A stretch of DNA of 64,000 nt, taken from Antedon mediterranea (Eukaryota > Animalia > Echinodermata). The stretch's first letter is position 1, and every line of letters starts with the position of its first letter. The position numbers and the translations under genes were made by a program. Positions 1-11,680 of the stretch are shown here, piece after piece. The DNA lies in NCBI RefSeq assembly GCF_964355755.1, contig NC_092673.1, positions 20,891,648 to 20,955,647 of the forward strand, read 5' to 3'. The notes beneath the pieces were generated by a model that saw only the letters and a list, made by a program, of their open reading frames with translations, ran no database searches and was not told where the DNA came from.

Positions 1-1234
1 CTCCCGGACAACCACCACCTGGACCACTACCCCTTTAGGACAACTACCCCTTTAGGACAACTACCCCCGGACAAATACCCCCCGGACAACTACCCCCTTA
101 GGACAACAACCCCCTTAGGACAACTACCCCCCGGACAACTACCCCCCCCCGGACAATTACCCCCTAGGAACAATTACCCCCTGACAATTACCCCCCCCCC
201 CGGGTAATTACCCCGCGGACAACTACCTCTGACACAATACTCCCCGTAGGACAACTACCTCCTGGACCTTGACAATATCCGAGGGCAAATAATCTTTTAG
301 GACAACTACCTCCGTAGGACAACTAACCCGTGGACAACTACCCCCCGGACAATTACCCCCTAGGAACAATTATCCCCTGACAATTACCCCCCTCCCCCCC
401 GGGTAATTACCCCGCGGACAACTACCTCTGACACAATACTCCCCGTAGGACAACTACCTCCTGGACCGGGACAATACTCCGAGGACAAATAATCTTTTAG
501 GACAACTACCTCCGTAGGACAACTAACCCCTGGACAACTACCACCCAAAAAACTATCCCTTTAGAACAACTACCCCCCGGACGGACAACTACCACCCAGA
601 CCATTCAACAACCTGACTCTGCAACAGTGTATAATAGGAATTAATAACTATATTTTAATTCGTTACTTTGACGAATTACTATTCATTATTGTAAACAAAA
701 GTAAAAGATTGAACATAAATATAGCCTGGTATAAACTGAAGATTGTCACACATGATCATAGGATAGTCGAACGTATTATATAGTACTCCCTGTATTTACT
801 GTAAAGACTGGGTTCGCTAATAATAATAATAATTTTTGCGTCAGGACAATGCTTCGATAACCACTGGTCTTAAAAGAATTAATTTTTGTCTCAAATTTGT
901 CATATATGTATTTTTGTACACTTGAAGAATAATATCACTTTGGATATTTGACCTCAATGTTCACTCACCGAATAAACGGCGATCTTTAAATAAATTCCCC
1001 TCAAATAAACGGTGATCATGTCACTCCCAGGAAACATCATATGGAATAATCGGCGTCTATTTCCATTAGATTATACCCCCTCCCATTGAATAAACAACTT
1101 TCTTCCAATAAATGTCCACCTAAAAACCACCTAAACAATAAACAACCCAGGCCGTTTTGTCAATAAATACGGTACTTTAAATCTAGCACATCTAGGGTCT
1201 AGCGTGCTGTTAAACAGAATAATCGGTTAAAAAC

Positions 1235-1997
1235 GGGTGTTTCGTAACTAGAAACCCGAGACCAGAGACCAGAGACCCGAGACCCAATACGAAAAGGGAG
1301 ACCTAAATATATGAAAAGGGAGACCCACATACGAAAAGGGAGACCCCACTCTACGAAAATGGAGACCCCACTATACGAAAAGGAAGACCCTAATATACGA
1401 AAAGGGAGACCTAAATATACGAAAAGGGAGACCCAAATATACGAAAAGGGAGACCCAAATATACAAAATGGGAGACCCAAATATACGAAAAGGGAGACCC
1501 ACTATAAGAAAAGGGAGACCCCACTATACGAAAAGAGAGACCACACTATACGAAAAGGGAGACCCTCAACTCAACTCAACTCAACGTAAACATTTATTTT
1601 CTTTCTTTCATTCAATAATAAAACAAATGAATAAGGTATTAAAAAAAGTAAGTACAAGTTACAAATAATACATTTCATTAATATAATATATAAACACGAC
1701 AGGCAAAGAACATTAGTTCTAAACCGCCCGGTGATATACTGAAATTTTAATTAATCAATTTGAAATGATAAAGATGAGGAAATATAATATAAATATATAG
1801 CCCACATAGACTATTTTTAGTTACACACATATATAAATATACATATTTATATATATAAACAAATCAGGCAAAGAACATTAACATTAATTTAATTATTTTA
1901 TTAATATACGAAAAGGGAGACCCAAATATAGGTCTCCCTTTTCGTATTGGGTCTCGTGTCAGGTCTCTGGTCTCGGGTCTCTAGTTTCGAAACACCC
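1235..1997. mobile_element. Nested MULE-like MITE with 9-bp TSD
   Basis: TIR GGGTGTTTCG(T/A)AACTAG...CTAGTTTCGAAACACCC, subterminal ATACGAAAAGGGAGACC repeats, and a perfect direct repeat GTTAAAAAC at 1226-1234 and 1998-2006. A 9-bp TSD is typical of MULEs. Confidence 0.85.
1566..1900 (-). mobile_element. Probable LINE 3' end inserted in the MITE
   Basis: On the - strand an AT-rich stretch ends AATAAATGTTTAC(GTTGA)n, a typical CR1/L2 microsatellite tail. It interrupts the GGGAGACC repeat array. Confidence 0.45.
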
Positions 1998-2344
1998 GTT
2001 AAAAACAGATGATTTAATTTTTACAGAAACCGGTCCTATATATTTGTCTACTTGGGGGGGGGGGGGAGTAGTTGACCGGGGAATAGTTGACCGGGGGGTA
2101 GTTACCCGGGGGTAGTTATCCTAAGGGGGTAGTTGTCCTAAGGGGGTAGTTGTCCGGGAGGTAGTTGTCCGGGGGGTTGTTATCCTAAGGGGGTAGTTGT
2201 CCTAAGTGGGTAGTTGTCCGGGGGGTAGTTGTCCGGGGGGTAGTTCTCCTAAGGGGGTAGTTGTCCGGGTGGGAAACATCCGGGGGGTAACTGTGTCTAG
2301 GGGGTAGGTGTCCTAGAACCGTAATGATGTTCATACACTTTCAG

Positions 2345-2420
2345 ATATGGAACACCGTTATGAAACAAGGGAAGCGGGCAGCTACATACTTCTGGCCTGG
2401 GTCTGACGCAGATATTCAAG
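2345..2420 (+). CDS. ENPP exon: [25 protein letters not shown]
   Basis: ttcag acceptor, gtatg donor, FWPGS motif. Confidence 0.92.
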
Positions 2421-5400
2421 GTATGCCAAAGTCAGTTGTGGTTAATGTTAGTAAAAAAAAACTTTAATTAATATAATTAATTACTAGCCATTTAGACGAT
2501 GCAAAACAAAGTTCTGTTGTCCAAATGAGAAACACTATAACAAATGATATTTTAATGATAGACTGTTCACTCTGATACCAAATGTCATAATATTATTATT
2601 GTTAATTTAGATATGCGACCAAACTATTACTTTACATATGACGGGTAAGTACTAATAATTCATCAAAAACATCCCCACAAAATTACCCTGTTGAAAATAT
2701 AGTATATCTTTTATCAATGTTTGTTTATTAGTGTACTCATAATACGGTGGTAAACTAGAATCAAGACAGAGTAGTAGGCTTAAGTTGTAGGCCTACATAC
2801 ACCAGTAGGCCTATTTTTGTTAAATTAAATTACATTTTTGTTACAGGAGCCATGCTTATGAACAGAGAATAGATATTGTTCTTGGTTGGCTTTTATTACC
2901 CATCGACAGAAGGTAAAATAACACCTTTTTTTATAACAAAAATGTTATATAGCAATTGCTAACCGAGTAACAAAATTTGTTAATATGTCCATCGAGACTC
3001 GCTTATTATAAATATAATCATAAAAATGTAATGATACGGTACTGTATTTTCTACTGATTAGACCACATTTTATCACGTTGTACTTTGATGAACCAGACCA
3101 CGCTGGCCACGATCCTGGACCATTTAGTGACGGGGTAAGAACTTATTAGAACGTGGAAAGTGAGATGAAGTTTAAAAAAGAGGAATTGATATTTGTTTTC
3201 AGTCCTACTTCAGTTGTTCCACTATCTACTCACAATCGCTATTCAAATGTAAGAATAGTAAATCTCTAACAATACATTTATTCTGTCCAACTTCAGAGAT
3301 AGGCCTATATCTATAAATTTTCCATGTTGCTACATACAGTATTGATTTTGAAAACTTTTTGTATTTGTTTACATTAGATAAATGATGCTTTAAAAAAAGT
3401 TGATGATGTGATTGGACGATTGATGGACGGTCTTGCTGATTATAATTTGCATAATTGTATTAACATGGTCGTTGTAGCAGATCACGGAATGGCCAACAGG
3501 TCATGTGACCAAATCTACATGCACGATAAGGTAAGAAGTTTCCACACTAATCTTTAACGTGTTATGATCCACTTGTGATAAAAAATTGATGAATATTTGT
3601 GTTTAGGCCTATAGCCTAGCATATATATTAGCATATAAATTATCATAAACTTCTCATTATAATATTCATGAGCATCATTAACATAATGGAACTACTCTTG
3701 ATGTGATTGTTTTGAATACGGCTTTGCACTATTTGAATAATACTTACTTGGGTTGACGTAGTAGGCCGTCGGTTTCTAAAGCTGTTTTCTTGTCGACGTT
3801 ATTCGACGCTATCGTCGTTGATCGTTGACAGTTCAACGACGATCGTTTGAAAACGACGAAGTTCAAATGATAACGATAGCGAGTACCTTTTCCTGTAAAT
3901 CGTTAAAATTTCAATGTTTACGTAGAAGATTGCCAATTATTGTTAACGATAGCATCGAATAACGTTAACAGGAAAACAGACTTAACTGATCGTTAAGCGA
4001 TTTTAGATTTTTTTGTAACAATTTTTTTTCAATTTTATAGTTCCTTCCGGCAAGTGAATATTACCGAAGAAGCACAGCAGGGACTATGCTTAGATTGACT
4101 CCTAAATCAAACGGTATCCATCCATTATTATCGATTAAGCACAGCAGATTCAAACCAATCTGTATATATTCAACTTATTTTTAAATAATTATTTTTGAAT
4201 TGTAATCTTCCCGCTGTTAAAAGAAAACGATGATTTATTTGTTTATGTTGTAACCTCATTGAAAAGTTGTCCTTATTGTTATTGTAGCCCAGTTGCAGGA
4301 TCCTCGTGATATAGTGGACGCCTTACAGGTAATTTGTTTGATGCACTCACTTTAAAAAAAAGTAGACTATATTCTAAACTCGCCCATTTGATAATAATTG
4401 GTATTAAAGTTATATTGTCCCCTGAAAATAATAATTGTTACATTTTGTTTCTTGAATATGATATTTTAATGTCACATAGTAATTATTCACCTTGACAAAA
4501 AATTGGATAAAAAAAAATATTTACCTGAAAACACTGTAATTTTAAAGCAAAAAAAAAAATAGTCAAATTGGCTGCCAGCCCGGGTTTTTGGTTGAATTTA
4601 ATTGTTTATTTAGTCATTTTATAAGTGAAAACATTATTTTGGGTTTTTTTCTATGGAAGTGATTAACTTTGTTAAAACTACAAAATGGTCTATTCAAAGT
4701 CTGATTTATTCATCTTCATTGTTCATGTTTTTGGGGGACAATACATCTTTAAGAGGATCCAAACCAAAAACGAATGGATTATTTCAGAAAGTAGTAAAGA
4801 ACGAAACATTTTAAGATCTTCCTCATGTCGGAGATAATACTGCCTTTTTAACAATAACACACACACACGCACACCTTAAAAAATGTTTAGCTTTTTTCCC
4901 ATCTTGTAACATTTTATTTTTTGTTTGTAGTGTACTAGTCCTATTGCAACAGCCTATGTTAAACAAGATATACCGAAACGATGGCATTATATAAATAACA
5001 TACGAATTGAAGATTCGTTAATTCCAGTCGAGGCAGGATGGACGGCTACTGGGTTAGTAACAGTTATCTTGATTTAGTAGATAGATGGTATATATAGGAC
5101 TAAGTGTATTTTCTAGGAGGAAATTGCTTTGAATGTAATACTGTTTTAACTGAAAATCAAATTGTAGAATTTTAACTGGATTTTTTTTATGATAGTGGTC
5201 CAACGACTTTTTGCGATGGCGGTACACATGGCTATGATAACCTGGATGTTTCAATGGAAGTAAGTATAGCTATTTGCTTGTGGATACCAAATAAAAATTG
5301 AGGGTAGAAACGTTTCTCAGTGACAGTGCAACGAACTAATATACTTTTAAAATATCATTTATAGGCACTTTTCTTCGCTATTGGTCCTGCTTTCAAGAAG

Positions 5401-8400
5401 GAATTCGAGGTGGAGCCGTTTGAAAATATAGAGTTGTACAACTTAATGTGCGGTAAATATATTGAGAAAATATATTCTTATGCCTATTCATTATTTTTTA
5501 TTTGTATTGTTGTTGTACCGTGATTGATGCTCATATCGTAAATTGTTTTATTTATTTTAATTATTTAAAATGTAGAGGTAATAGGTGTAATGCCAGCTCC
5601 AAACAACGGAACATTCGGAAGTTTACATTCCATTTTGAAGAAAACAAAGATTGTCATAGCTCCAGATTACAGTAAAATAACGATACCAATTGAATGCCCT
5701 TATCCTACTGATTACGAGCAACGATTGGCAGAAGACACGTCTCAATGTGTGTGCCCAAGTATGGTAAGTGATACCAATTGAATGCCCTTATCCTACTGAT
5801 TACGAGCAACGATTGGCAGAAGACACGTCTCAATGTGTGTGCCCAAGTATGGTAAGTGATACCAATTGAATGCCCTTATCCTACTGATTACGAGCAACGA
5901 TTGGCAGAAGACACGTCTCAATGTGTGTGCCCACGTATGGTAAGTGATACCAATTGAATGCCCTTATCCTACTGATTACGAGCAACGATTGGCAGAAGAC
6001 ACGTCTCAATGTGTGTGCCAAGGTATGGTAAGTGATACCAATTGAATGCCCTTATCCTACTGATTACGAGCAACGATTGGCAGAAGACACGCTTGAATGT
6101 GTGTGCCCAAGTATGGTAAGTGATACCAATTGAATGCCCTTATCCTACTGATTACGAGCAACGATTGGCAGAAGACACGTCTGAATGTGTGTGCCCAAGT
6201 ATGGTAAGTTTTTTATTAAAATGGTACATTGTGACAATGACAATTTGATGACAATATTGATTATAACACATTTGATGATATGGAGACGAAGGTGATGAAG
6301 GTGGTAAAACAAACTAAAAACGATGAAATGATAATAGAAATAATCTAAGAATTACGATGTCGATATTTATCAAGCCTACATTGGAAAATGTAAAAATATT
6401 GACGACTTGACGTTGATAAACTTTATAGTCTTTGATGAGGTAAAAGGGAGATAGATAGAGAGATAATATAAAGTGGTGGAAAAGGTCAATAAAAGGGTGA
6501 TATAAAGATAATAGAGACACACCAGTGACACTTTGAAGGATCTGATTTTATAGTACTGAGATTATTGATAAAATTAGCACTTTATTTCTTTTTAGTCATC
6601 TGCTGAAATAAAAGAATTCGACGAAAATCTTAAACTTTCTAACGAAGAAGGTAAAAATACTTAGATTAATTAATTATTAGATTAAATAAAGATTATAGTC
6701 TCTAAGAATGAAAATCATCGAATCGAAAATGTAAAACTTTGTTCCCACTTAGATGCAACGGAAGGACATAGGCCGTGAACGCAAGCGAATTGACCAGTCA
6801 AACGCGGCAAATAAAATAATCCATCGCTTTTGATTGGTCAATTCGCTTACTTTGCGACTTACGTCCTTTTGTTGCATCCTAGTGGGAACCAAGCTTAAGT
6901 TGACCAAGCCCCAATGGATTGTTCGAACTGTTGCTTGTGATTGGTCAACTCGCTTGCATTGCGCTTGCCTTTTTGTGTTGCATCCTAGTAGGAACTATTA
7001 GGCCTAAGCTTTTGAATAGGTAGTGAGTTATACATTGATATTAATGTTAAATAAGAGGAATTTGTTACCCCACTGAACATTTACACAACATCACATTGAT
7101 ATTAGCAAACTTGTCCGACACAGTTAGAAGTAAATTTCTAAACATTTAATATATTCTATTCTTTTTATAGAAATTGATGCAAAAGGGAAGCATGCTCCAT
7201 TTTTACGTCCATTTACAAACGAAGATTGGGAATTATGTGAGCTAACCCAAAAGGATTACCTTATTGGATACAGTCACAATCATAGCATGGCTTTGTATGT
7301 GTCATATACACTCTCCAAGCAACCGGTAATACATGAATCCAATGTTAAATTTCGTCTTAGATTCGGGAATTCAAAAGTAAGAATGTTCTGTGTATAAACA
7401 AAATGTCTCTGATCTGTAAACATGAATATTTATTACTTTTGTTTCTCTAGTTCTAGCTTACTTGGTAAAAGATACTAGTTTATATTAGTAATAGGCATAT
7501 ATCCAGTATCAAGAATCGGCTTTATCTTTAATGCACTGCCCCAGTTATTCACTTACAGTATATTTCCCCAAATTTATAGGCCTATTAAGTTACTAATTTC
7601 ACGAAAGTACTTAGTTTTTATTTTATTTCTAACGTATACCTGCAAACAGGAATTTGCACTAAAGGAAAACTGTGTTCGAGCAGACGTGAGGGTTGTCGAC
7701 GAGTTCACTAGACATTGCGTTGAAGTAGAAGATGCTTATAACAGTACCATTTCAACAGGCTTTCTATTCCAACCAGGTAATGTTTCAATGTGGGTGTAAC
7801 TCATTCGATTTTTATATTATTTCAAGTTAGCAATTTGTTAAATGTTGTATAACGAATCTATTAATTTATCAAAATGTAGAATTTGCAAGCTCAGAAGACC
7901 GCCAAATGGATGCATTAATCTCCAGCAATGTCGCTCCACACTACACCAATTTCACTTTAGGTAGGTTTTCATAAGGATTATAGCAAATAGCTTGATTTCT
8001 CGGGGAACTTCATTGCTCAATATGTGATTGAGAGCAATAGCGCCACCACCAGAATATAAAGTTTTTTATTATACGGCGCTATTGCTCCCAAACTCTTCCC
8101 ATCATGCATCGTTCAGGCTACTTGCGATAAACCTTATTAATATAGCTCAAGTAATCTATTCATTTAATTCTTATTTTTACCAATCCCTTAAAACTAAACC
8201 GGAAGGTATGGAAGCACACTTATCAATATAGGTTTCAATAGTGTTACCGTATACGGTATATTAGCTGTCTATATAAGAATATTATCTTTCCCGCTCAACT
8301 TTCCTTCCCAAATCCTAGTCTGAATATTCACTTATTTTAAATTATTTCCAGATTTATGGGAAGGTTACTTGAAAGAAACCCTTCGTCATTGGTCAAATGT

Positions 8401-9857
8401 TTACGGCGACATTAACGTCATTGCCGGCCCAGCTTTTGATTACAATGCAGATGGTCTGGCTGATGATGCAATGGCTCTTAGTATCAAAAAGTAGGATCAG
8501 TCTTATCTTTATTTTTATCATTTTAATTTGCTTAACTAAGGCCGTGTTTCCGCAGCCAAAACAAAATTGCGCATGATTAATACCAACCAACCAGATGCCC
8601 AATCACAACAATTTGTCCTCCAGGTCAAAGGTTAACAATTATCGCATTTATCCGATAATTATTAGATTTGAAAATTATATCGGTAAATTTTTTTCCGTTT
8701 CCACAGGCAGTTTATTGGTTAGTTATCGGTTAATTTTATCGGTTAATTTCTGGTTGCGAAAACACGGCCTTATACTCATCATCATCATCATTCATTCATT
8801 AATATCGTCTTCATTATCATGGGCATTGTCATCTGTATTATTCTTATTTCTTTTTAAAATGTCTCAAATTGGAAAGAAAAGGAAGAAAACAATCAATGAT
8901 TGTTGTTATCGCCTTGCCCTCTTCATCGTTGTCTATATCATCGTCGTCGTCCATCGATCCCGTTGTCCATCGCTTTTGTCGTCCATCGCTCTTGTCGTCC
9001 ATCGCTCTTGTCGTCCATTCCGCTCTTCTCCGTTCCGCTCGTCGTCCATCGCTTTCGTCGTCCACCGCCCTCGTCACCAATATTTTTCGCTAATCGCTCT
9101 TGCCGTCGTTGTCATTGTAACATTAGTAAGAATTAGGAAAATGAGCTTTATTCATTGAGTGACATCTTATTACTTTCAATAGCTCGACAATAGATGGACA
9201 ACTCGTACCAACTCATTATTACGCTGTAGTGACTCGATGTATTGATGGAGAGTTGAACCTAGACTGTCCCAAACTTGAGATGATCGCTTTTATCCTACGC
9301 CACATGGACGGCATTCAAACGTGCAAAGTAAGTGGATTTATCAATCTCTCATTATAAATTACAGATCATTATTATTATTATTCTTAAATAGTATTAATCA
9401 AGCTTGTGCAACGTAAGGATGTAGACACAACGCAAACGAGTTGAAAAATCCATCATTTGTTAAAGTTTGGTTCTAACTATGACGCAACGCAAGCGAACTG
9501 ACTGACAGGCGACAGTGCGAATAATTCAGCGCTTGTGATTGGTTTAAATCACTCACGTTGTGCTTACGCCGTTGCGTCTCTAGTGGGAGCCAAACATTAC
9601 TGATTAGATTTAGGTTGTTACATTTCATATTTTTTCAGGTTAACATCGCTTGTTTGTTTTATTTCTTACAGCCCCCTTCCCAATTTTTAGAAACCCACAT
9701 CGCTCGAGTACGAGATGTTATGCTACTTACTGGACTGATATTCCATCCAGACCATGGATCATTAGATGTGTACGACTCGATCCGTTTGATGACATTTATG
9801 CCAATGCTTGGTGAATTTTGGAAGTTGTGGGAAATGCCAAATACTGTAAATAACTAA
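2345..9857 (+). CDS. ENPP: Ectonucleotide pyrophosphatase/phosphodiesterase, ENPP1/2/3-type (catalytic plus nuclease-like domain); 18 exons, 5' part upstream of window
   Basis: 18 GT-AG exons join in frame with consistent phases. Motifs [45 protein letters not shown] and EF-hand-like FDYNADG are present; stop TAA ends at 9857. Confidence 0.95.
2611..2644 (+). CDS. ENPP exon: (D)[10 protein letters not shown](G)
   Basis: tttag/gtaagt, phase-compatible. Confidence 0.88.
2847..2912 (+). CDS. ENPP exon: [21 protein letters not shown](R)
   Basis: acag/gtaaaa; matches the ERI..VL.WL.LP segment. Confidence 0.9.
3062..3134 (+). CDS. ENPP exon: [24 protein letters not shown]
   Basis: ttag/gtaaga; Zn-binding EPDxxGH. 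Confidence 0.94.
3378..3530 (+). CDS. ENPP exon: [10 protein letters not shown]...[21 protein letters not shown]
   Basis: ttag/gtaaga; Zn-binding DHG. Confidence 0.94.
3779..3983. mobile_element. Harbinger-like MITE in ENPP intron
   Basis: ~35-bp imperfect TIR CTGTTTTC(T/C)TGT.(G/A)ACGTTATTCGA(C/T)GCTATCG with T/A-rich flanks. Confidence 0.65.
4041..4113 (+). CDS. ENPP exon: [24 protein letters not shown]
   Basis: tatag/gtatcc, phase-compatible. Confidence 0.8.
4288..4328 (+). CDS. ENPP exon: (A)[13 protein letters not shown]
   Basis: gtag/gtaatt, phase-compatible. Confidence 0.8.
4408..4748. mobile_element. Kolobok-like MITE, copy 1 (TTAA target)
   Basis: TTAA|AGTTATATTGTCCCC...GGGGGACAATACATCT|TTAA; interior shared with 20558-20870 and 62155-62263. 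Confidence 0.8.
4931..5052 (+). CDS. ENPP exon: [28 protein letters not shown]...GWTAT(G)
   Basis: gtag/gttagt; PKRxHY..N.RIE motif. Confidence 0.92.
5196..5259 (+). CDS. ENPP exon: [21 protein letters not shown]
   Basis: atag/gtaagt; Zn-binding HGYDN. Confidence 0.93.
5365..5452 (+). CDS. ENPP exon: [29 protein letters not shown]
   Basis: atag/gtaaat; conserved motif. Confidence 0.94.
5576..5763 (+). CDS. ENPP exon: (E)[16 protein letters not shown]...CVCPSM
   Basis: gtag/gtaagt; PAPNNGT motif; only the first of six donors keeps an open frame. Confidence 0.9.
5682..6209 (+). repeat. 88-bp tandem repeat x6: ENPP exon end plus GTAAGT donor
   Basis: Units start at 5682, 5770, 5858, 5946, 6034 and 6122 and are nearly identical. 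Confidence 0.97.
6596..6650 (+). CDS. ENPP exon: [18 protein letters not shown]
   Basis: tttag/gtaaaa; linker region, phase-compatible. Confidence 0.85.
6735..6896. mobile_element. Harbinger-like MITE family with TIR AAGCTTGGTTCCCACTAG (related copies ~9461-9598, 13153-13316, 19545-19686, 43381-43532, 60919-61485, 63580-64000)
   Basis: TIR pair (G/T)TTCCCACT...AGTGGGAACCAAGCTT; internal GCAACGCAAG and TTGACCAATCACAAGCG motifs recur across the window. Confidence 0.8.
7171..7325 (+). CDS. ENPP exon: (E)[13 protein letters not shown]...[20 protein letters not shown]
   Basis: tatag/gtaata; start of nuclease-like domain. Confidence 0.9.
7650..7776 (+). CDS. ENPP exon: [15 protein letters not shown]...GFLFQP
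   Basis: acag/gtaatg; C.R.DVR and GFL motifs. Confidence 0.9.
7880..7960 (+). CDS. ENPP exon: (E)[26 protein letters not shown]
   Basis: gtag/gtaggt; DAL..SN..P motif. Confidence 0.9.
8352..8490 (+). CDS. ENPP exon: (D)[10 protein letters not shown]...[18 protein letters not shown]...
   Basis: ccag/gtagga; Ca-binding GP.FDY..DG motif. Confidence 0.92.
8540..8769. mobile_element. Harbinger-like MITE
   Basis: TAA|GGCCGTGTTT.CGCA.CCA...TGGTTGCGAAAACACGGCC|TTA. Confidence 0.75.
8930..9112. repeat. Degenerate (GTCGTCCATCGCTCTT)n low-complexity repeat
   Basis: Visible ~16-bp period; explains the spurious ORFs at 8595-9158. Confidence 0.8.
9183..9327 (+). CDS. ENPP exon: [19 protein letters not shown]...[14 protein letters not shown]
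   Basis: atag/gtaagt; PTHYY and FIL.H motifs. Confidence 0.92.
9672..9857 (+). CDS. ENPP last coding exon: [22 protein letters not shown]...VNN*
   Basis: acag acceptor; H.ARV.DV..LTGL motif; AATAAA at 10158-10163. Confidence 0.92.
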   Translation, partial: PPSQFLETHIARVRDVMLLTGLIFHPDHGSLDVYDSIRLMTFMPMLGEFWKLWEMPNTVNN

Positions 9858-10214
9858 TTATATTTGAAACTGTTTATTGTAGCAGTTATTGTTTTTATAT
9901 GAGTGATATGTTTGAGGCTTCCATTTTAATTGCATAATTGGATTTTAATTGATATACGGTATAGGTAATATACAATTTTTTCATGTATATTTATGTTAAT
10001 TTGAACAATTCTAGTAAAAGAGACTTCCTTCGATTTGTATTTGGGTTTACACGAATATTTACGATACGATATTAATAAGTATGATTTTATGTAAATATAG
10101 TTGAATAAGATAAAGTTATACAAGAATAATTATGTTGAATTAATAATTCTGCTGAATAATAAAACATGTTATGACATTTTAATGTTTTTATTAGTATTAT
10201 CAAAACGACCTTTG

Positions 10215-10520
10215 TATTTTTTTTAAATTTTTATTTTATATTCAACCTTATTTATAGAGGGTGACCCTAAACAGTGTATGTGTGTGACAGTGGCTGTGTA
10301 CGTATATTAGTACACCGGGGTACCCCTCCCCCTACTCTCGCACTAGGTTCTTTAAAGTGCACATGAGCCAGATGTGTACACTGGACCTACGGTTTATAAT
10401 CCTTATCCGAGAAGACTCGTTCTACCACCAGAACCATGGAGCGAGTAAGCATCGAACCCTTGCCGATGTTATTGCTAGGTAATTACGGTTCCACTGTCTT
10501 AACCGCTCGGCCACTCACTC
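10215..10520 (-). mobile_element. tRNA-derived SINE, copy 1
   Basis: On - strand: A box TGGCCGAGCGG, B-box-like GGTTCGA, central TCGGATAAGGA.TATAAACCGTAGGTCC...GCACTTTAAAGAACC (resembles Meta/Nin-SINE cores, from memory), A-rich tail. Second copy at 62650-62984. Confidence 0.85.
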
Positions 10521-11297
10521 ACTCAACATTATGTCAGCGACAATAAAACATTTTTTAAAGAATTACAAGATTTTTCAAAGTGACCAGAGTTTTTTTACGG
10601 TTTTGTATCACTCTTTATATGTCTACAGTGGTGTAGGCATAATTAAAATATTAAAAAAATATATTTTGTTTGAACTATGATCTAACATTAGGCACAGTGA
10701 AAATACACGCGAGTATACATGGTCATGTGGACCGCTAACGCGAATATTAAACATACTTTATTTAATTAGCGTTTAATGAAAAATACAAACAATAGTTGAA
10801 ATGGACCTAGTGAAAGACAAGGTCGTTCGTGACGTCAAATTATAGTTTACTTGCTTGCGAAAACTTTTGCGAACAATTTATGTCGGATTTTTCACAATAA
10901 CATTCGTTTGTTAAGGTCAATTTACATTGAACAGTGCAAATACAATATACAAGCTATTGTTTTGTTTGACGCTGAGGATTCTTTCTGGACCTAATAGTCC
11001 ACCGTGTTTCATAACATGTGATAACACAATTATTCAGGTTATTCAAACTAGTTTTGTTTTTTTTAACTGTGGTGCGCACAAATATGGTACCGTTGTGCCC
11101 AAATGGTACTGATATGACATAATCATGTCCATTTCCGGTATAAATGTAAAACATTTGAAAGTTACAGCACAAAAGTGCGCCCTACTATCCGCACGTCCAA
11201 TAACACCCATGTTTTATGTCAGTTTTGTGTTTTCATTGGCCTTTAACCACATGGTTACAAATTGCGCAATGAACCAGAATAATTTAGACTTGCCCAA

Positions 11298-11680
11298 AGT
11301 CTGTAGTTATTTCGAGGCTTTTCGATATTTGTCTGATACAAGTTTACAAGCGCCTATTAATATACGTATGAAACGCTATATGTGCCAACATATCTTTTTA
11401 CTAATATTAAGTCAAAACTCCGTCTGGAACCCAGACTAAGTATAAATGTGAATATTAGTACAATACTATACCTCGTACATTAAAAAGTGAGTCTGTAGTT
11501 ATTTCGAGGCTTTTCAATGTTTGTCTGATACAATTTTACAAGCGCCTGTTAATATACGTATGAAACGCCATATGTGCCAAAATATATATATCTTTATATT
11601 AATATTAAGTCAAGACTCTATCTGGAACCCAGACTAAGTATAAATGTGAATATTAGTACAATACTTCGTACATTTAAAGT
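11298..11680. repeat. ~190-bp tandem duplication
   Basis: AGTCTGTAGTTATTTCGAGGCTTTTC... at 11298 and 11491. Confidence 0.9.

Larger units (their letters stand above)
1..2320. mobile_element. Foldback-type (MULE/Phantom-like) non-autonomous DNA element; left end lies before the window
   Basis: Tandem GGACAACTACCCC units at 1-600 are mirrored by inverted GGGGTAGTTGTCC units at ~2060-2320, ending ...GTGTCCTAGAACC. The TSD cannot be checked because the left end is absent. Confidence 0.75.

Noticed and set aside
1-600. Telomeric repeat at the window start
   Set aside because: Not TTAGGG; the inverted copy at 2060-2320 shows it is a transposon arm inside an intron.
1199-1668. ORFs with RKGRP/EKGDP repeats
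   Set aside because: Translations of MITE subterminal repeats, open in several frames.
5682-6209. In-frame coding repeat or CRISPR array
   Set aside because: 88 bp is not a multiple of 3, a stop follows the first donor, and there are no spacers or convincing acceptors between units.
8595-9158. 187-aa ORF and overlapping ORFs
   Set aside because: They lie in an ENPP intron over a MITE and a low-complexity repeat.
10430-10520. Functional tRNA genes here and at 62900-62984
   Set aside because: Both continue into a shared SINE body and A-rich tail.
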